Shown here: piece by piece, positions 19,748 through 28,994 of the stretch
Numbering within the stretch: the first letter of the stretch is position 1
Layout: each line of letters begins with the position of its first letter
Source of the DNA: a candidate division TM6 bacterium GW2011_GWE2_36_25
GTDB lineage: Bacteria; Babelota; Babeliae; Babelales; UBA12409
DNA: 64,000 nt
Direction of reading: 5' to 3'
NCBI GenBank assembly: GCA_000991575.1
Contig: LBRU01000001.1
Coordinates: forward strand, 156,996-220,995
Program-made: the position numbers and the translations under genes
The notes under the pieces: generated by a model
The model's database searches: none
The model's input: the letters and a program-made list of their open reading frames with translations, nothing else
Told to the model about the DNA's origin: nothing

Positions 19748-20845
19748 ATGTCACAAGATTTTTATTCTTGGATTACGCTCAATAAAGCGCAATTCTTTTT
19801 TAATGCTGATTATATTAAAAAACAGATTGGTGTGCAGGTAAAGCTGGGTGCTGTTATTAAATCAAATGCTTATGGGCATGGATTATTGCATATTGCACAG
19901 TTGTGCCAAGAATCGCGTTCTATTGATGTGCTTATTGTATTCAGCTTACATGATGCACTTTTATTGCGCGAAAAAGGCATTTTGAAACCACTTATTTTAA
20001 TGGGTATTCTTGATGCGCCATTGCAAGAAGTTTCAGAGAAAAACATTGATCTTGTCGTGCATAATCGTTTTTTTGCAGAGCGTCTGATAATATATGCGCA
20101 GCAACACCAACAGAAATTTCGTGTTCATATTAAAGTTGATACTGGTATGAATCGTCTCGGTTTTTCTCCTGATGAATTGCCGAATATTATTTATTTATTA
20201 AAACAGAGTTTATATATCTCAATTGTTGGGGTGTGTTCGCATTTTGCTGAATCGGAGAATGTGGATACTGCTTTTACATTATTGCAATTACAACGTTTTG
20301 ATTGTTTGTTTTCTCAATTAAATGATCTTGAATATATTCATATTTCCAATACCGCTGGCACCCTAAATTTTTTGAATGCGCATCACTCGTTAGTTCGTTG
20401 TGGAGGAGGATTATATGGATTGGATGTGCCTGATAAAAAACTTTCGTTAAAACCCATTTTATCATTAAAAACAAAGATTATTGAAATACGGGAGGTGAGA
20501 CCCCAATGTTCAGTTGGTTATAATAGAACGTTTGTTGCGAATTCTATGCGTAAAATAGCAATTGTTCCCCTCGGTTATTATGATGGTCTTGATCGTAGAC
20601 TTTCTAATAGAGGTTTTATGAATATTAAAGGAAAAGTGGTGCCAATTATTGGGCGTGTGGCAATGAATTTAACAACGCTCGATGTAACTGATATTCCACA
20701 GGTGAATATACATGATGAGGTTCTTGTTTTGGGCGATGGTGATTTAGTTACTCCTGCTCAGTATGCTCATTTGTTGAATACTATTGAATACGAGATAACG
20801 GCCAGACTGAATCCTTTAATTAAGCGAATTTTAATTGAAAGATGA
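19748..20845 (+). CDS. alr: Alanine racemase (copy 2)
   Basis: GAVIKSNAYGHG, HIKVDTGMNRLG, SHFA, VGYNRTF, GYYDGL, GRVAMN. Confidence 0.95.
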   Translation: MSQDFYSWITLNKAQFFFNADYIKKQIGVQVKLGAVIKSNAYGHGLLHIAQLCQESRSIDVLIVFSLHDALLLREKGILKPLILMGILDAPLQEVSEKNIDLVVHNRFFAERLIIYAQQHQQKFRVHIKVDTGMNRLGFSPDELPNIIYLLKQSLYISIVGVCSHFAESENVDTAFTLLQLQRFDCLFSQLNDLEYIHISNTAGTLNFLNAHHSLVRCGGGLYGLDVPDKKLSLKPILSLKTKIIEIREVRPQCSVGYNRTFVANSMRKIAIVPLGYYDGLDRRLSNRGFMNIKGKVVPIIGRVAMNLTTLDVTDIPQVNIHDEVLVLGDGDLVTPAQYAHLLNTIEYEITARLNPLIKRILIER

Positions 20846-20895
20846 TCTTTGTTGATATTGCGTTTATACTTATAGCAAGTGTTTAAGTAAGGAGA

Positions 20896-21597
20896 ATGGC
20901 CGTGTATATTCTAGAAGGTAATATCGGAGCAGGAAAATCAACATTGCTCAGAAAAATCAAAAAAGCTGGGACCGATATAGATGTTGTATTTGAGCCCGTG
21001 AATACGTGGCATCAACAGCATACTGGCCAATCGTTGTTAGGTAATTTTTACAAAGACATTCCACGATGGGCTTTTTCGCTGGAAACTTATGCTATGGCAT
21101 GTCGCGTCAAAGAGCATTTAAAAGAGCAGCAAGCATTAAACCCTTATCGTCTACTCGAGCGTTCAATTTATTCCGGTCATTATTGTTTTGCGCACAACAG
21201 TTATCAGAGTGGGGGAATGTCTGCGATAGAATGGTCGATTTATAAACAATGGTTTAATTTTTTAATGCATGGACAATGTCGTTTACCTTTTGGCTTCATT
21301 TATTTAAAAACTGATCCTGAAACGTGCTTCGAGCGTGTAAAAAAACGTGCGCGTAGTGGAGAACAAAATATTACCTTGAAATATCTCAAGCAAATTGACA
21401 AAGTTCATGATGAATTTTTAATTCATAAGCATGAAGTGCTACCTGAGTTAGAAATGATTCCAGTTTTAGTTCTTGATGGTAATAAGCCTTTTGAAAAGTG
21501 CGATATTTTATTTAATGAATACTGTGATCAAATTGAAGATTTTATGCACAAAACTCATCTAAGAACTACATCAAAAGAGCGCCAAATTTCTCTTTAG
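20896..21597 (+). CDS. Deoxynucleoside kinase (dCK/dGK/dAK family)
   Basis: LEGNIGAGKST, EPV..W, ERSIYS, YLKTDPE, RARSGE. Confidence 0.95.
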   Translation: MAVYILEGNIGAGKSTLLRKIKKAGTDIDVVFEPVNTWHQQHTGQSLLGNFYKDIPRWAFSLETYAMACRVKEHLKEQQALNPYRLLERSIYSGHYCFAHNSYQSGGMSAIEWSIYKQWFNFLMHGQCRLPFGFIYLKTDPETCFERVKKRARSGEQNITLKYLKQIDKVHDEFLIHKHEVLPELEMIPVLVLDGNKPFEKCDILFNEYCDQIEDFMHKTHLRTTSKERQISL

Positions 21598-21612
21598 TCG
21601 TTATTAAAATAT

Positions 21613-21643
21613 AAAAAAGCGGTCAAAGAAACGGCCGCTTTTT
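21613..21643. terminator. Bidirectional intrinsic terminator
   Basis: AAAAAAGCGGTC...GGCCGCTTTTT between convergent genes. Confidence 0.75.
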
Positions 21644-21661
21644 CACTTGATTTCAATGAGA

Positions 21662-22213
21662 TTATTTTTTAATTGCAAAATTAACAAATTTTTTATCTCG
21701 CCCTGTTTCTATAAAACCGAGATCTTTATAAATTTTTTGAGCTGGAGTATTGTCAGTTCTCGTTGTTAAATAGACTTCAGTGCATCCTTGATTGAATAAA
21801 TCTTTGAGCGCATAACGAATTAATCTTTTTCCATATCCTTTACCACGGAAATTTTTACTGACCGATAAAAACTGAATGCGTCCACGATGGTAACCATCTT
21901 TATGATAGGTAATAAATCCTGCAAATTTTCCGTTTTCAAGAATAGTTTTAATAGTGAGCTTCCCCAAAAATTGTGGTCTTTTGTCAGGTGATTTGGTATT
22001 AAGCATGTGATCAATATCAAAATTCATTCCTTCCTCAAAAAGCCAATATTCATCAACTTTAAGGTTGTTTTTTATTCCGGCATAATCGCGGCTCGGATTA
22101 TAATTATCAACGGTTACGCGAGATGAGCATTTTGCAAGTGTAACCGTAATAAGAATAGTAATAGCTAATATTAATAATCCTGATAGAAGATACGTTCTTT
22201 TTTTGGGGGTCAT
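21662..22213 (-). CDS. GNAT acetyltransferase with N-terminal membrane anchor
   Basis: FLSVSKNFRGKGYG motif A, NTPAQKIYKDLGF motif B; hydrophobic N-terminal helix. Confidence 0.92.
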   Translation of the reverse strand: MTPKKRTYLLSGLLILAITILITVTLAKCSSRVTVDNYNPSRDYAGIKNNLKVDEYWLFEEGMNFDIDHMLNTKSPDKRPQFLGKLTIKTILENGKFAGFITYHKDGYHRGRIQFLSVSKNFRGKGYGKRLIRYALKDLFNQGCTEVYLTTRTDNTPAQKIYKDLGFIETGRDKKFVNFAIKK

Positions 22214-22358
22214 AAAAATATCCTTAAGCGAGTATTTTTAATTAATCATTTATCAGAATTTTAAGCGTAAGAACGTTTTTTTGCAACTTTAAAGATAAAT
22301 CCTTGCATTTATTTTTTTTATTTTTGTAAGGTCAAAGTGAATAGAGGGATAGGGGGAA

Positions 22359-23108
22359 ATGGACCGCAGCACGGTGTCGCTTGTGGTTTTTGGAGCGTTT
22401 TTTATGTCTGGACAAATGAGTAAAGATTTGATCATAATAGGGCATCGTGGTGCGCATGGGCTTGAAGTAGAAAATACGTTAAAGTCATTCGAAAAAGCTA
22501 TTAAGTTGGGCGTTGATATGATTGAGCTTGATGCTCGCCAATGTAAATCAGGCCATTTGGTGGTTTTTCATGATGAAACGGTCGATCGTTTAACTGACGG
22601 TTCGGGTCATATCGCTGACATGACGTTGGCGCAATTAAGAAAACTAAATGTTCAAAAAGACCATAAAATTTCTACATTGGATGAAGTTCTTCAATCAATT
22701 AATAAACGATGCAGAGTTGACATTGAGCTTAAGGGTGTGGGGACGGGAAAGTTGGTGGCGTTATTATTACGTCGTTATTTAAAACAAGGGTGGTTGCCGG
22801 AGACTTTTTTGGTAACATCCTTTAATTTTTATGAATTGAATGATTTTCATGAAGCGGTGCCACAGATCCCCATTGGTATAATTTTTGATCGTTTACCCGT
22901 TGATTATACTTTATTAGCTCAAGAACTTGGCGCACAAGCAATCATCATGCAGCATGCACTTATCGCACCGTCATTAATGGAACGGGCAGCCGCTCGTAAT
23001 TTACGCGTGTATGCGTGGACTGTTAATAAGGTTATGTCTGTAAAGAATTTAAGGAAGCTTGGCGTTCAGGGCATTGTAACTGATTATCCAAATAAAATGA
23101 TAAAATGA
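22359..23108 (+). CDS. Glycerophosphodiester phosphodiesterase (GDPD)
   Basis: IIGHRGA, ENT, IELD, VVFHD, IELK, YAWTVN, GIVTDYP. The true start may be a downstream ATG. Confidence 0.95.
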   Translation: MDRSTVSLVVFGAFFMSGQMSKDLIIIGHRGAHGLEVENTLKSFEKAIKLGVDMIELDARQCKSGHLVVFHDETVDRLTDGSGHIADMTLAQLRKLNVQKDHKISTLDEVLQSINKRCRVDIELKGVGTGKLVALLLRRYLKQGWLPETFLVTSFNFYELNDFHEAVPQIPIGIIFDRLPVDYTLLAQELGAQAIIMQHALIAPSLMERAAARNLRVYAWTVNKVMSVKNLRKLGVQGIVTDYPNKMIK

Positions 23109-23196
23109 TATTTAAAATCTAATTTTTTTGTAGCTTTTTATTTTATTCTGTATTTACATAAATTGAATACGTTTCTAAAAAATAAAATGAGGAAGG

Positions 23197-24261
23197 GTGT
23201 TGAAGATGCGTATTAGTTTATTTAAGAAAAATTTTTATTTTGATGATGTTGTTGTATTAATAGCAATGTTTTTTGTTGGGATTTTAATTTTCTTTTATAG
23301 TAATAGATTAATTACGACTGATCCCATGCCTGAAAATGTTTTTATCGTTCCTCAAGAATTTTCAAAAGTATCACGGACATTTTCTACCATTAATACCGGA
23401 TTTATTCTTACAGGAATTCCCCTTGTTAATCCGAATGAGAATGAGTTTGTTGTAGAAGGTCTTTTGTGGTTTGAGTATGACCCGTCGCGTATTTCAAGTG
23501 AAAGTATTAATAAATTTTCTTTTGTAAATGGAACGATAGAAGCAAAATCAGAACCGAAAGTTGAGGCGCGAGGAAATTTGCTTTTGGTTAAGTATCTCAT
23601 AAAATTACGTTTTAGTAGCAGGCTTGATTACGAGATGTTCCCATTTGATGATCATCGGATCTATTTTATTTTGACAAATCTTTTTTTAAATTCAGGTGAA
23701 TCGGTCTATACTATTGCTTCAACTGACTTTATTGTTCCTAAAAATCTTTTGATTCCAGGATGGAGTTGCAAAGAATATAATGCGATGTTTGGAAAGACGC
23801 CAATTGTTGAAAAATTGAGTGGTCTTGAAGAAAGTTACCCACAGGTGATTTTTATTTTGAAGTTACAAAAAAATAGTTTGGGAATTATCTTTACGATTAT
23901 TATTCCTTTGTTGATTATGTTTTATATTTCCTTAATTTCGATCATGCCAATTTATGAAGTAAGTGGCGTGAAGCAAAAAAGATTTAATTGGGAGTATTAC
24001 AGTATCGCCATAGGTAATTTTGCTGCGGTTTTAGCATATCGCTATGTTATTCAAACGGTATCGCCGCAGGTTTCCTATCTTACAGTGGCTGATTTTTTAT
24101 ATATATATATTCTTTCTACTTCGGTCATTGCTCTTGTTGTTCCTTTTATTACCATGCAAATTCCAGTTAAAATTGCACGTTTTTTATCTTTTTTTCTGAT
24201 CATTTTTTTAAGCGTAGTATTGATCGCATTAATTTATATTTTACTTTTCGTGAGGGTCTAA
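23197..24261 (+). CDS. Prokaryotic pentameric ligand-gated ion channel (GLIC/ELIC-like)
   Basis: beta-sandwich ECD with F.V.G.LWF.Y, LDYEMFPFDDH (Pro-loop), PGW, then four TM helices with IIPLL in M1 and VSYLTVAD at the start of M3. Confidence 0.85.
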   Translation: MLKMRISLFKKNFYFDDVVVLIAMFFVGILIFFYSNRLITTDPMPENVFIVPQEFSKVSRTFSTINTGFILTGIPLVNPNENEFVVEGLLWFEYDPSRISSESINKFSFVNGTIEAKSEPKVEARGNLLLVKYLIKLRFSSRLDYEMFPFDDHRIYFILTNLFLNSGESVYTIASTDFIVPKNLLIPGWSCKEYNAMFGKTPIVEKLSGLEESYPQVIFILKLQKNSLGIIFTIIIPLLIMFYISLISIMPIYEVSGVKQKRFNWEYYSIAIGNFAAVLAYRYVIQTVSPQVSYLTVADFLYIYILSTSVIALVVPFITMQIPVKIARFLSFFLIIFLSVVLIALIYILLFVRV

Positions 24262-24274
24262 AAGGGAGTTGCAC

Positions 24275-26521
24275 ATGAATAGAAAAAATTTATATTATCT
24301 CATTGGTTTTATTTTGGGCTCCTTTGTTGAAAGTCGATCGACTTTTTCAACCGTAGATGACTTATTGTTATTCACGCGAACTCATCAGGAAGAATTGAAA
24401 CCAGACAGTTTGGCTTATTCAGATCCGTTGAGCCCTACCTTTTATTCTTCTTATGCACGTTCGTTAAAATTAAAAAATAGATTTTTTAATTTTATGCGTA
24501 GTTTGATTGGCATCGGCATTCGAGTTGATTGGTCTGATCAATATTTTGAAGCGATCATGAAAAAAGCATGTAAAGAGCAGGCTGAATTTAAAAATATGAA
24601 CGGAGAGATAGTTGGTCGTCCTGAACATAGATATGTAATTTGGGGTGATTTGTGTGGTTCCGTGCATTCATTTGTGAGATGTTTAGATGAATTAAAGAGA
24701 AAAAATTTTATTGATCAAAATTTACGTCTTATGCCAGATTATTATATGATTTTTACCGGTGATGTTATTGGTTCTGCTGCGTATAATTTAGAGATACTTT
24801 CAATAATTTTTCAATTAATTGTTCTTAATCCAGGAAGAATTATTTACTTGAAGGGGCGTCAAGAGAGACAGTTTAATTGGCATAATTTTAATACCTATCG
24901 TGAACTTGAAATAAAGGTGCCGAAACATCGAATTTCTTCATTTGTTTCAAATTTAGATCTGTTTTTTGAAAATCTTTTGGGGACGCTTAAGATTTCTTAC
25001 ATTGACCAACATCAGCAGAAGCGAGATGTTTTATTTTCTTATGAAGGATTTGAAAAGTTGAAGAGTGCGCCTACTAATGAAATTTTAATTCAAGTAAAAT
25101 CTAACAAAGGAATTTTTGCTTACACTTTAACGAATGGGCTTTCACTCCGTTGCCCAGAATGTGGCATTACAACGTGGACCATTTTTTCTGCTCCCACGTA
25201 TGTCTCCCAAGAATTTTATAAATTTTATAACGATTCATTTTGTATTTTGGAAATGGCTTCTAATGGTTATGATTGGCTTATAAGTCACTTTTATCGTCGA
25301 TTTGATGGTAAAGGTGAATTTGATGCGGAATTTTTTAATTTTTTAACAGGTCAAAAATTTGAATCAGAAAAAGTTGCAAAGGAATTTCTTAAAGAGCAGA
25401 AAAAATATCTTCCTGTGGTACGAACAGCTTCCTTGGATCATGGCAATCAATTTATTTTCGGATCTTATTTGGATTTAAGTGGCTCTATTAAAAATATTGG
25501 AGAAGATTTAAAGCGTGGCTTGTCGTTAAGATTTAATAAGGAAAACATTGAATATGGTGGTATTAATGGGAGATTTTTAAGATTAGTTGCGCTTGATGAT
25601 CGCTATAATCAAACTCTTACCTTAGATGCGCTTATAAAATTAAAGAATGACTTTAAAACTAATTTATTGGTAAATGGATTAGGAACGCGGCCATTACAAA
25701 CAGCGATGGATTTTGCCAGTAAAGAAAACATGAAAATATTATTTCCTTATACGGGTGCTTCAATTGGGCGCCAGGAGAACTTGAAAAATATTGTTAATCT
25801 GCGTGCTTCTTATGCTGATGAAGCAGAAGCATTAGTTGACTATGGTGTTAATACGTTAAGAAAAAATCGTTTTGTTATCTTTTATCAAGATGATGCATAT
25901 GGACGTGCGGGGCGAGATCCTGCTAAAAAGTTGCTCGTTGAAAAATATAAGATAACCGATATTTTAGAAGTTTCGCATTCCGTTGGTTCATTGCAGCTTG
26001 ATAAAGCAGCTGAAGAAATTATTAAATTTGGTCCATCTGCTATTTTGTTCTTTTCAATTGAAGTAGTGTCAGCCGAACTGATTGAAAAGATTGGAATAAA
26101 ATCATTAATGAATGTTGCTCTTTTGGCGGTTAGTTTTATGTCTCATAGTTTTACAGAGTTCTTAAAAACAAGGGGATTGTCATCTGTTCTTTCGCAAGTC
26201 TTACCAAATTCCCATGGTGATACTCCTATTGCCCAAGAATGTCGTGATACATTAAAAATGTACATGCCGAGCGTGGATATTAATGCGGATCTTTTTGAAG
26301 GGTATGTTTCTGCAAGTTTGCTTGTTGAAGCTATTAAAATTATAGGTTCTGACGTTACGAGCGAAAAACTTCTTCGTTATTTTGAATCACTTAAAAATGT
26401 AAACTTTAAGGGGTTGAAACTCAATTTTAATTCAGAAACGCGTCAGTTAATGCATAATGTTTGGCTTGATGTAGGAAAGAAAGATTGGATTATTTTTGAT
26501 ATGAGCAAAAATAATCAATAA
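24275..26521 (+). CDS. Exported fusion: degenerate PPP/calcineurin-like phosphoesterase domain plus C-terminal type-1 (LivJ-like) periplasmic binding domain
   Basis: WGDLCGS, FTGDVIG, YLKGRQE; then GINGRFLRLVALDDRYN, NLRASYADEA, IFYQDDAYG, FEGYVSA. AGGGAG RBS precedes ATG 24275. Confidence 0.8.
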   Translation: MNRKNLYYLIGFILGSFVESRSTFSTVDDLLLFTRTHQEELKPDSLAYSDPLSPTFYSSYARSLKLKNRFFNFMRSLIGIGIRVDWSDQYFEAIMKKACKEQAEFKNMNGEIVGRPEHRYVIWGDLCGSVHSFVRCLDELKRKNFIDQNLRLMPDYYMIFTGDVIGSAAYNLEILSIIFQLIVLNPGRIIYLKGRQERQFNWHNFNTYRELEIKVPKHRISSFVSNLDLFFENLLGTLKISYIDQHQQKRDVLFSYEGFEKLKSAPTNEILIQVKSNKGIFAYTLTNGLSLRCPECGITTWTIFSAPTYVSQEFYKFYNDSFCILEMASNGYDWLISHFYRRFDGKGEFDAEFFNFLTGQKFESEKVAKEFLKEQKKYLPVVRTASLDHGNQFIFGSYLDLSGSIKNIGEDLKRGLSLRFNKENIEYGGINGRFLRLVALDDRYNQTLTLDALIKLKNDFKTNLLVNGLGTRPLQTAMDFASKENMKILFPYTGASIGRQENLKNIVNLRASYADEAEALVDYGVNTLRKNRFVIFYQDDAYGRAGRDPAKKLLVEKYKITDILEVSHSVGSLQLDKAAEEIIKFGPSAILFFSIEVVSAELIEKIGIKSLMNVALLAVSFMSHSFTEFLKTRGLSSVLSQVLPNSHGDTPIAQECRDTLKMYMPSVDINADLFEGYVSASLLVEAIKIIGSDVTSEKLLRYFESLKNVNFKGLKLNFNSETRQLMHNVWLDVGKKDWIIFDMSKNNQ

Positions 26522-26633
26522 ATTGCTCATTAAGTTTTTAATAACAAACGTACTTAATGCGATGGTTATTATTTTTAACTCTTTATTTTAATTTTAAAAT
26601 TTTTATATCGTGAGAAAAAAGGGGAGGGGTGTG

Positions 26634-27236
26634 ATGAAGTTTTTGTATAGTTTTCTTTTTGTTTTTTATTTTCTTTATTCAATGGACAACTCTCCAGCAA
26701 GTGCTCTTTTTGATTTTATTGAGTTACGGGATGAATTACAGAAAATTTTTGGATCGGCTTGGGAAAGTTTATTTTTAAAGCATTGTGCTGAGGGTAAGAC
26801 AATATGTGACTTATTGGGAATTTATGATAAAGAAGGCCGATTGGGTGATAAATTAGATCTCCCTGATGATGCTTTGCTTTCTTATGATGCAGCTTTTTAT
26901 CAGTTTGTTTTTACGATGAATGAATTAATATTATGTAAGTTGCCTTATGGGAATATTTATGTTTTTTTAAATTGCTTGCCACGCATTAAGCGTTGTGGGG
27001 AGGTTCTTTTCTTAAATTATAATAAATTGAGGGGCTTAAAATCTTTAGATTTAAAAAGTTTACATGCGGGACACAGACTTTTATCGTGTTATATAAAGTT
27101 CTTTTTGCAAAGTGTTCGAGATTATGCTTTGGATTTATCGCAGGAATCATTTGCGCGTGCACAGTTAGCGCGTGATGGTACAAAATGGCAAGATCCATTT
27201 GAAAAGTTGTTACAATTAATAGATGAAGAAGATTGA
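26634..27236 (+). CDS. Secreted hypothetical protein
   Basis: GGGAGG RBS; signal peptide MKFLYSFLFVFYFLYS-MD. Confidence 0.7.
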   Translation: MKFLYSFLFVFYFLYSMDNSPASALFDFIELRDELQKIFGSAWESLFLKHCAEGKTICDLLGIYDKEGRLGDKLDLPDDALLSYDAAFYQFVFTMNELILCKLPYGNIYVFLNCLPRIKRCGEVLFLNYNKLRGLKSLDLKSLHAGHRLLSCYIKFFLQSVRDYALDLSQESFARAQLARDGTKWQDPFEKLLQLIDEED

Positions 27237-27245
27237 GGTTACTGT

Positions 27246-27983
27246 TTAGTTTTTATAGGTTATTGACTTGAGGAGCAGCCCTCTTGCTGGTGCACAAGGG
27301 AGTGTGTGTTCAGGATTACATGTGTCCTTTATTTTTTTTAAATAATCGATGGTTAATTTTGGGCGTGAAGCAATTTCAAGAGATGCGCCGACAATGCGTC
27401 TAATCATATAACGAAGAAAACCTGGCCCTTTAAATATTATTTTATAAGTTACTGCATCAATTTTTTGTAGGGTAATGCTATTAATTGTTCGTATTGTATC
27501 TTTCATGTCGTCGCCGGTACAGAAACTGCGGAAATCATGGGTTCCGATAAAGATAGCCAAGACTTCTTCTAATTTTTTTATGTTAAGCGGCCAACGATAG
27601 AACCATTGATGACGAGCTACAAACGGGGAGGGCCGTTGAAGAGCGATTGTGTATTCGTAAGTTTTTTCAAGGATATGATGATGGGGATTATAGTTATCTG
27701 GGGCTGACGCGAGTTCTTTGATCAAGATTGACTCAGGCAGCCTATTATTCCATGCATTTTTGAGAGTTTCTGTTGTAATGGAAAGATCAGTAGAAAAGGT
27801 AGCGACTTGTCCTTCTGCGTGAACTCCTGCATCTGTTCGAGATGCTGCGAATAACGAAATTTTTTTATGGAAAACTTTGAAAAAAACTTTTTCTAAGGTT
27901 TCTGCTACGGTAGGACCGTTAGTCTGCTTTTGCCAGCCCTGATAATTGGTACCATCGTATGCGACGATAATTTTATATTGCAT
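27246..27983 (-). CDS. truA: tRNA pseudouridine(38-40) synthase TruA
   Basis: AYDGTNYQGWQ, SRTDAGVHAEGQ, GTHDFRSF, GFLRYMIRRIVG, APARGL. Confidence 0.98.
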   Translation of the reverse strand: MQYKIIVAYDGTNYQGWQKQTNGPTVAETLEKVFFKVFHKKISLFAASRTDAGVHAEGQVATFSTDLSITTETLKNAWNNRLPESILIKELASAPDNYNPHHHILEKTYEYTIALQRPSPFVARHQWFYRWPLNIKKLEEVLAIFIGTHDFRSFCTGDDMKDTIRTINSITLQKIDAVTYKIIFKGPGFLRYMIRRIVGASLEIASRPKLTIDYLKKIKDTCNPEHTLPCAPARGLLLKSITYKN

Positions 27984-27997
27984 TTTTAATTTCCTTT

Positions 27998-28036
27998 AAA
28001 AAAATAAGCCACCTTTGTAAAAGTGGCTTATTTTTT
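27998..28036 (-). terminator. Intrinsic terminator after rpsR
   Basis: AAAAAATAAGCCAC...GTGGCTTATTTTTT long inverted repeat. Confidence 0.75.
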
Positions 28037-28051
28037 AGTAGTTCTAAAAAT

Positions 28052-28336
28052 TTAATCAACGCGACTATAAGGTAATAACGCCATACTACGGGCTTTCTTA
28101 ATTTCTCTTGCAATAAGTCGCTGGTAAAGAGAGCTTGTCCCAGATATTCGTGCTGGTAAAATTTTGCCACGTTCAGTTAAAAACTGTCTCAAAAAATCAG
28201 CATTTTTGTAATCGATTTCTATAACGAGTTCTGGCTTTTCTTTGAAACGACATTGTTTTTGCGATGAAAATGATGCGCGGCGAGCTTTCTTTTTAAGTAA
28301 ATTTGAACTCATGCGGAGTTTAATTTTTTTTACCAT
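28052..28336 (-). CDS. rpsR: 30S ribosomal protein S18
   Basis: [37 protein letters not shown]. Confidence 0.98.
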   Translation of the reverse strand: MVKKIKLRMSSNLLKKKARRASFSSQKQCRFKEKPELVIEIDYKNADFLRQFLTERGKILPARISGTSSLYQRLIAREIKKARSMALLPYSRVD

Positions 28337-28340
28337 GCGT

Positions 28341-28838
28341 TTACTCTTCTATGTTTTCTTCTGTTTCTTTGAGAACTTTACCTCTTCTTGCCGGTTCCTC
28401 AGGTTTTGATTCTGGCAATGAGCTTTTTCTTGGTGCAATGCCCGTCATCTTATTGTCTTTAAGGAACTGATCGACATCTTTTGGTGTTTCGTCAAGAGAT
28501 TGAGGTCGCTTGTATTCTAATGATGTATTGCTACCAAGGTGCGATAAGAGATAGCGCATGACAACTTCATTAAATTTAAGGTCAAAAAGATTTTTGATTT
28601 CTTTGATAGCATCATCTTTTTTTGCTTCAGGGAAATCAAATCGAGCAAGGTAATAGACCCCGTATGAATTTTTTTTGATTGGATAAGCTAATTGATATTT
28701 ACCCCAGCGATCATATGAAAGTAGTTTGCCTTTAAGACTTTGTACTTTCTTGTCAAGAAGTTTTTCAATTTCACCTGCTTCGTCATTAGTGACTTCTGGG
28801 ATAGTTAAAATGAGCGCTTCATAGCGTTCGTTTGGCAT
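28341..28838 (-). CDS. rpsF: 30S ribosomal protein S6 with C-terminal extension
   Basis: [35 protein letters not shown]; upstream of rpsR. Confidence 0.95.
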   Translation of the reverse strand: MPNERYEALILTIPEVTNDEAGEIEKLLDKKVQSLKGKLLSYDRWGKYQLAYPIKKNSYGVYYLARFDFPEAKKDDAIKEIKNLFDLKFNEVVMRYLLSHLGSNTSLEYKRPQSLDETPKDVDQFLKDNKMTGIAPRKSSLPESKPEEPARRGKVLKETEENIEE

Positions 28839-28937
28839 AAAATACTCCTAATTGGAAACGTTAAAGTTTAACGTTATAATACAGACCATCTGTATTATTT
28901 AGTACATTTCTACTATAACAAAAGTACAAAAATTTGT

Positions 28938-28964
28938 AAAAAAAACCCCGAAAAATAATCGGGG
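28938..28964 (-). terminator. Intrinsic terminator after the XRE regulator gene
   Basis: CCCCG-N9-CGGGG stem; the A8 run gives a U-tract on the minus strand. Confidence 0.6.
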
Positions 28965-28994
28965 CTCATATTTTGTGCTATAAAAACAACGTTT

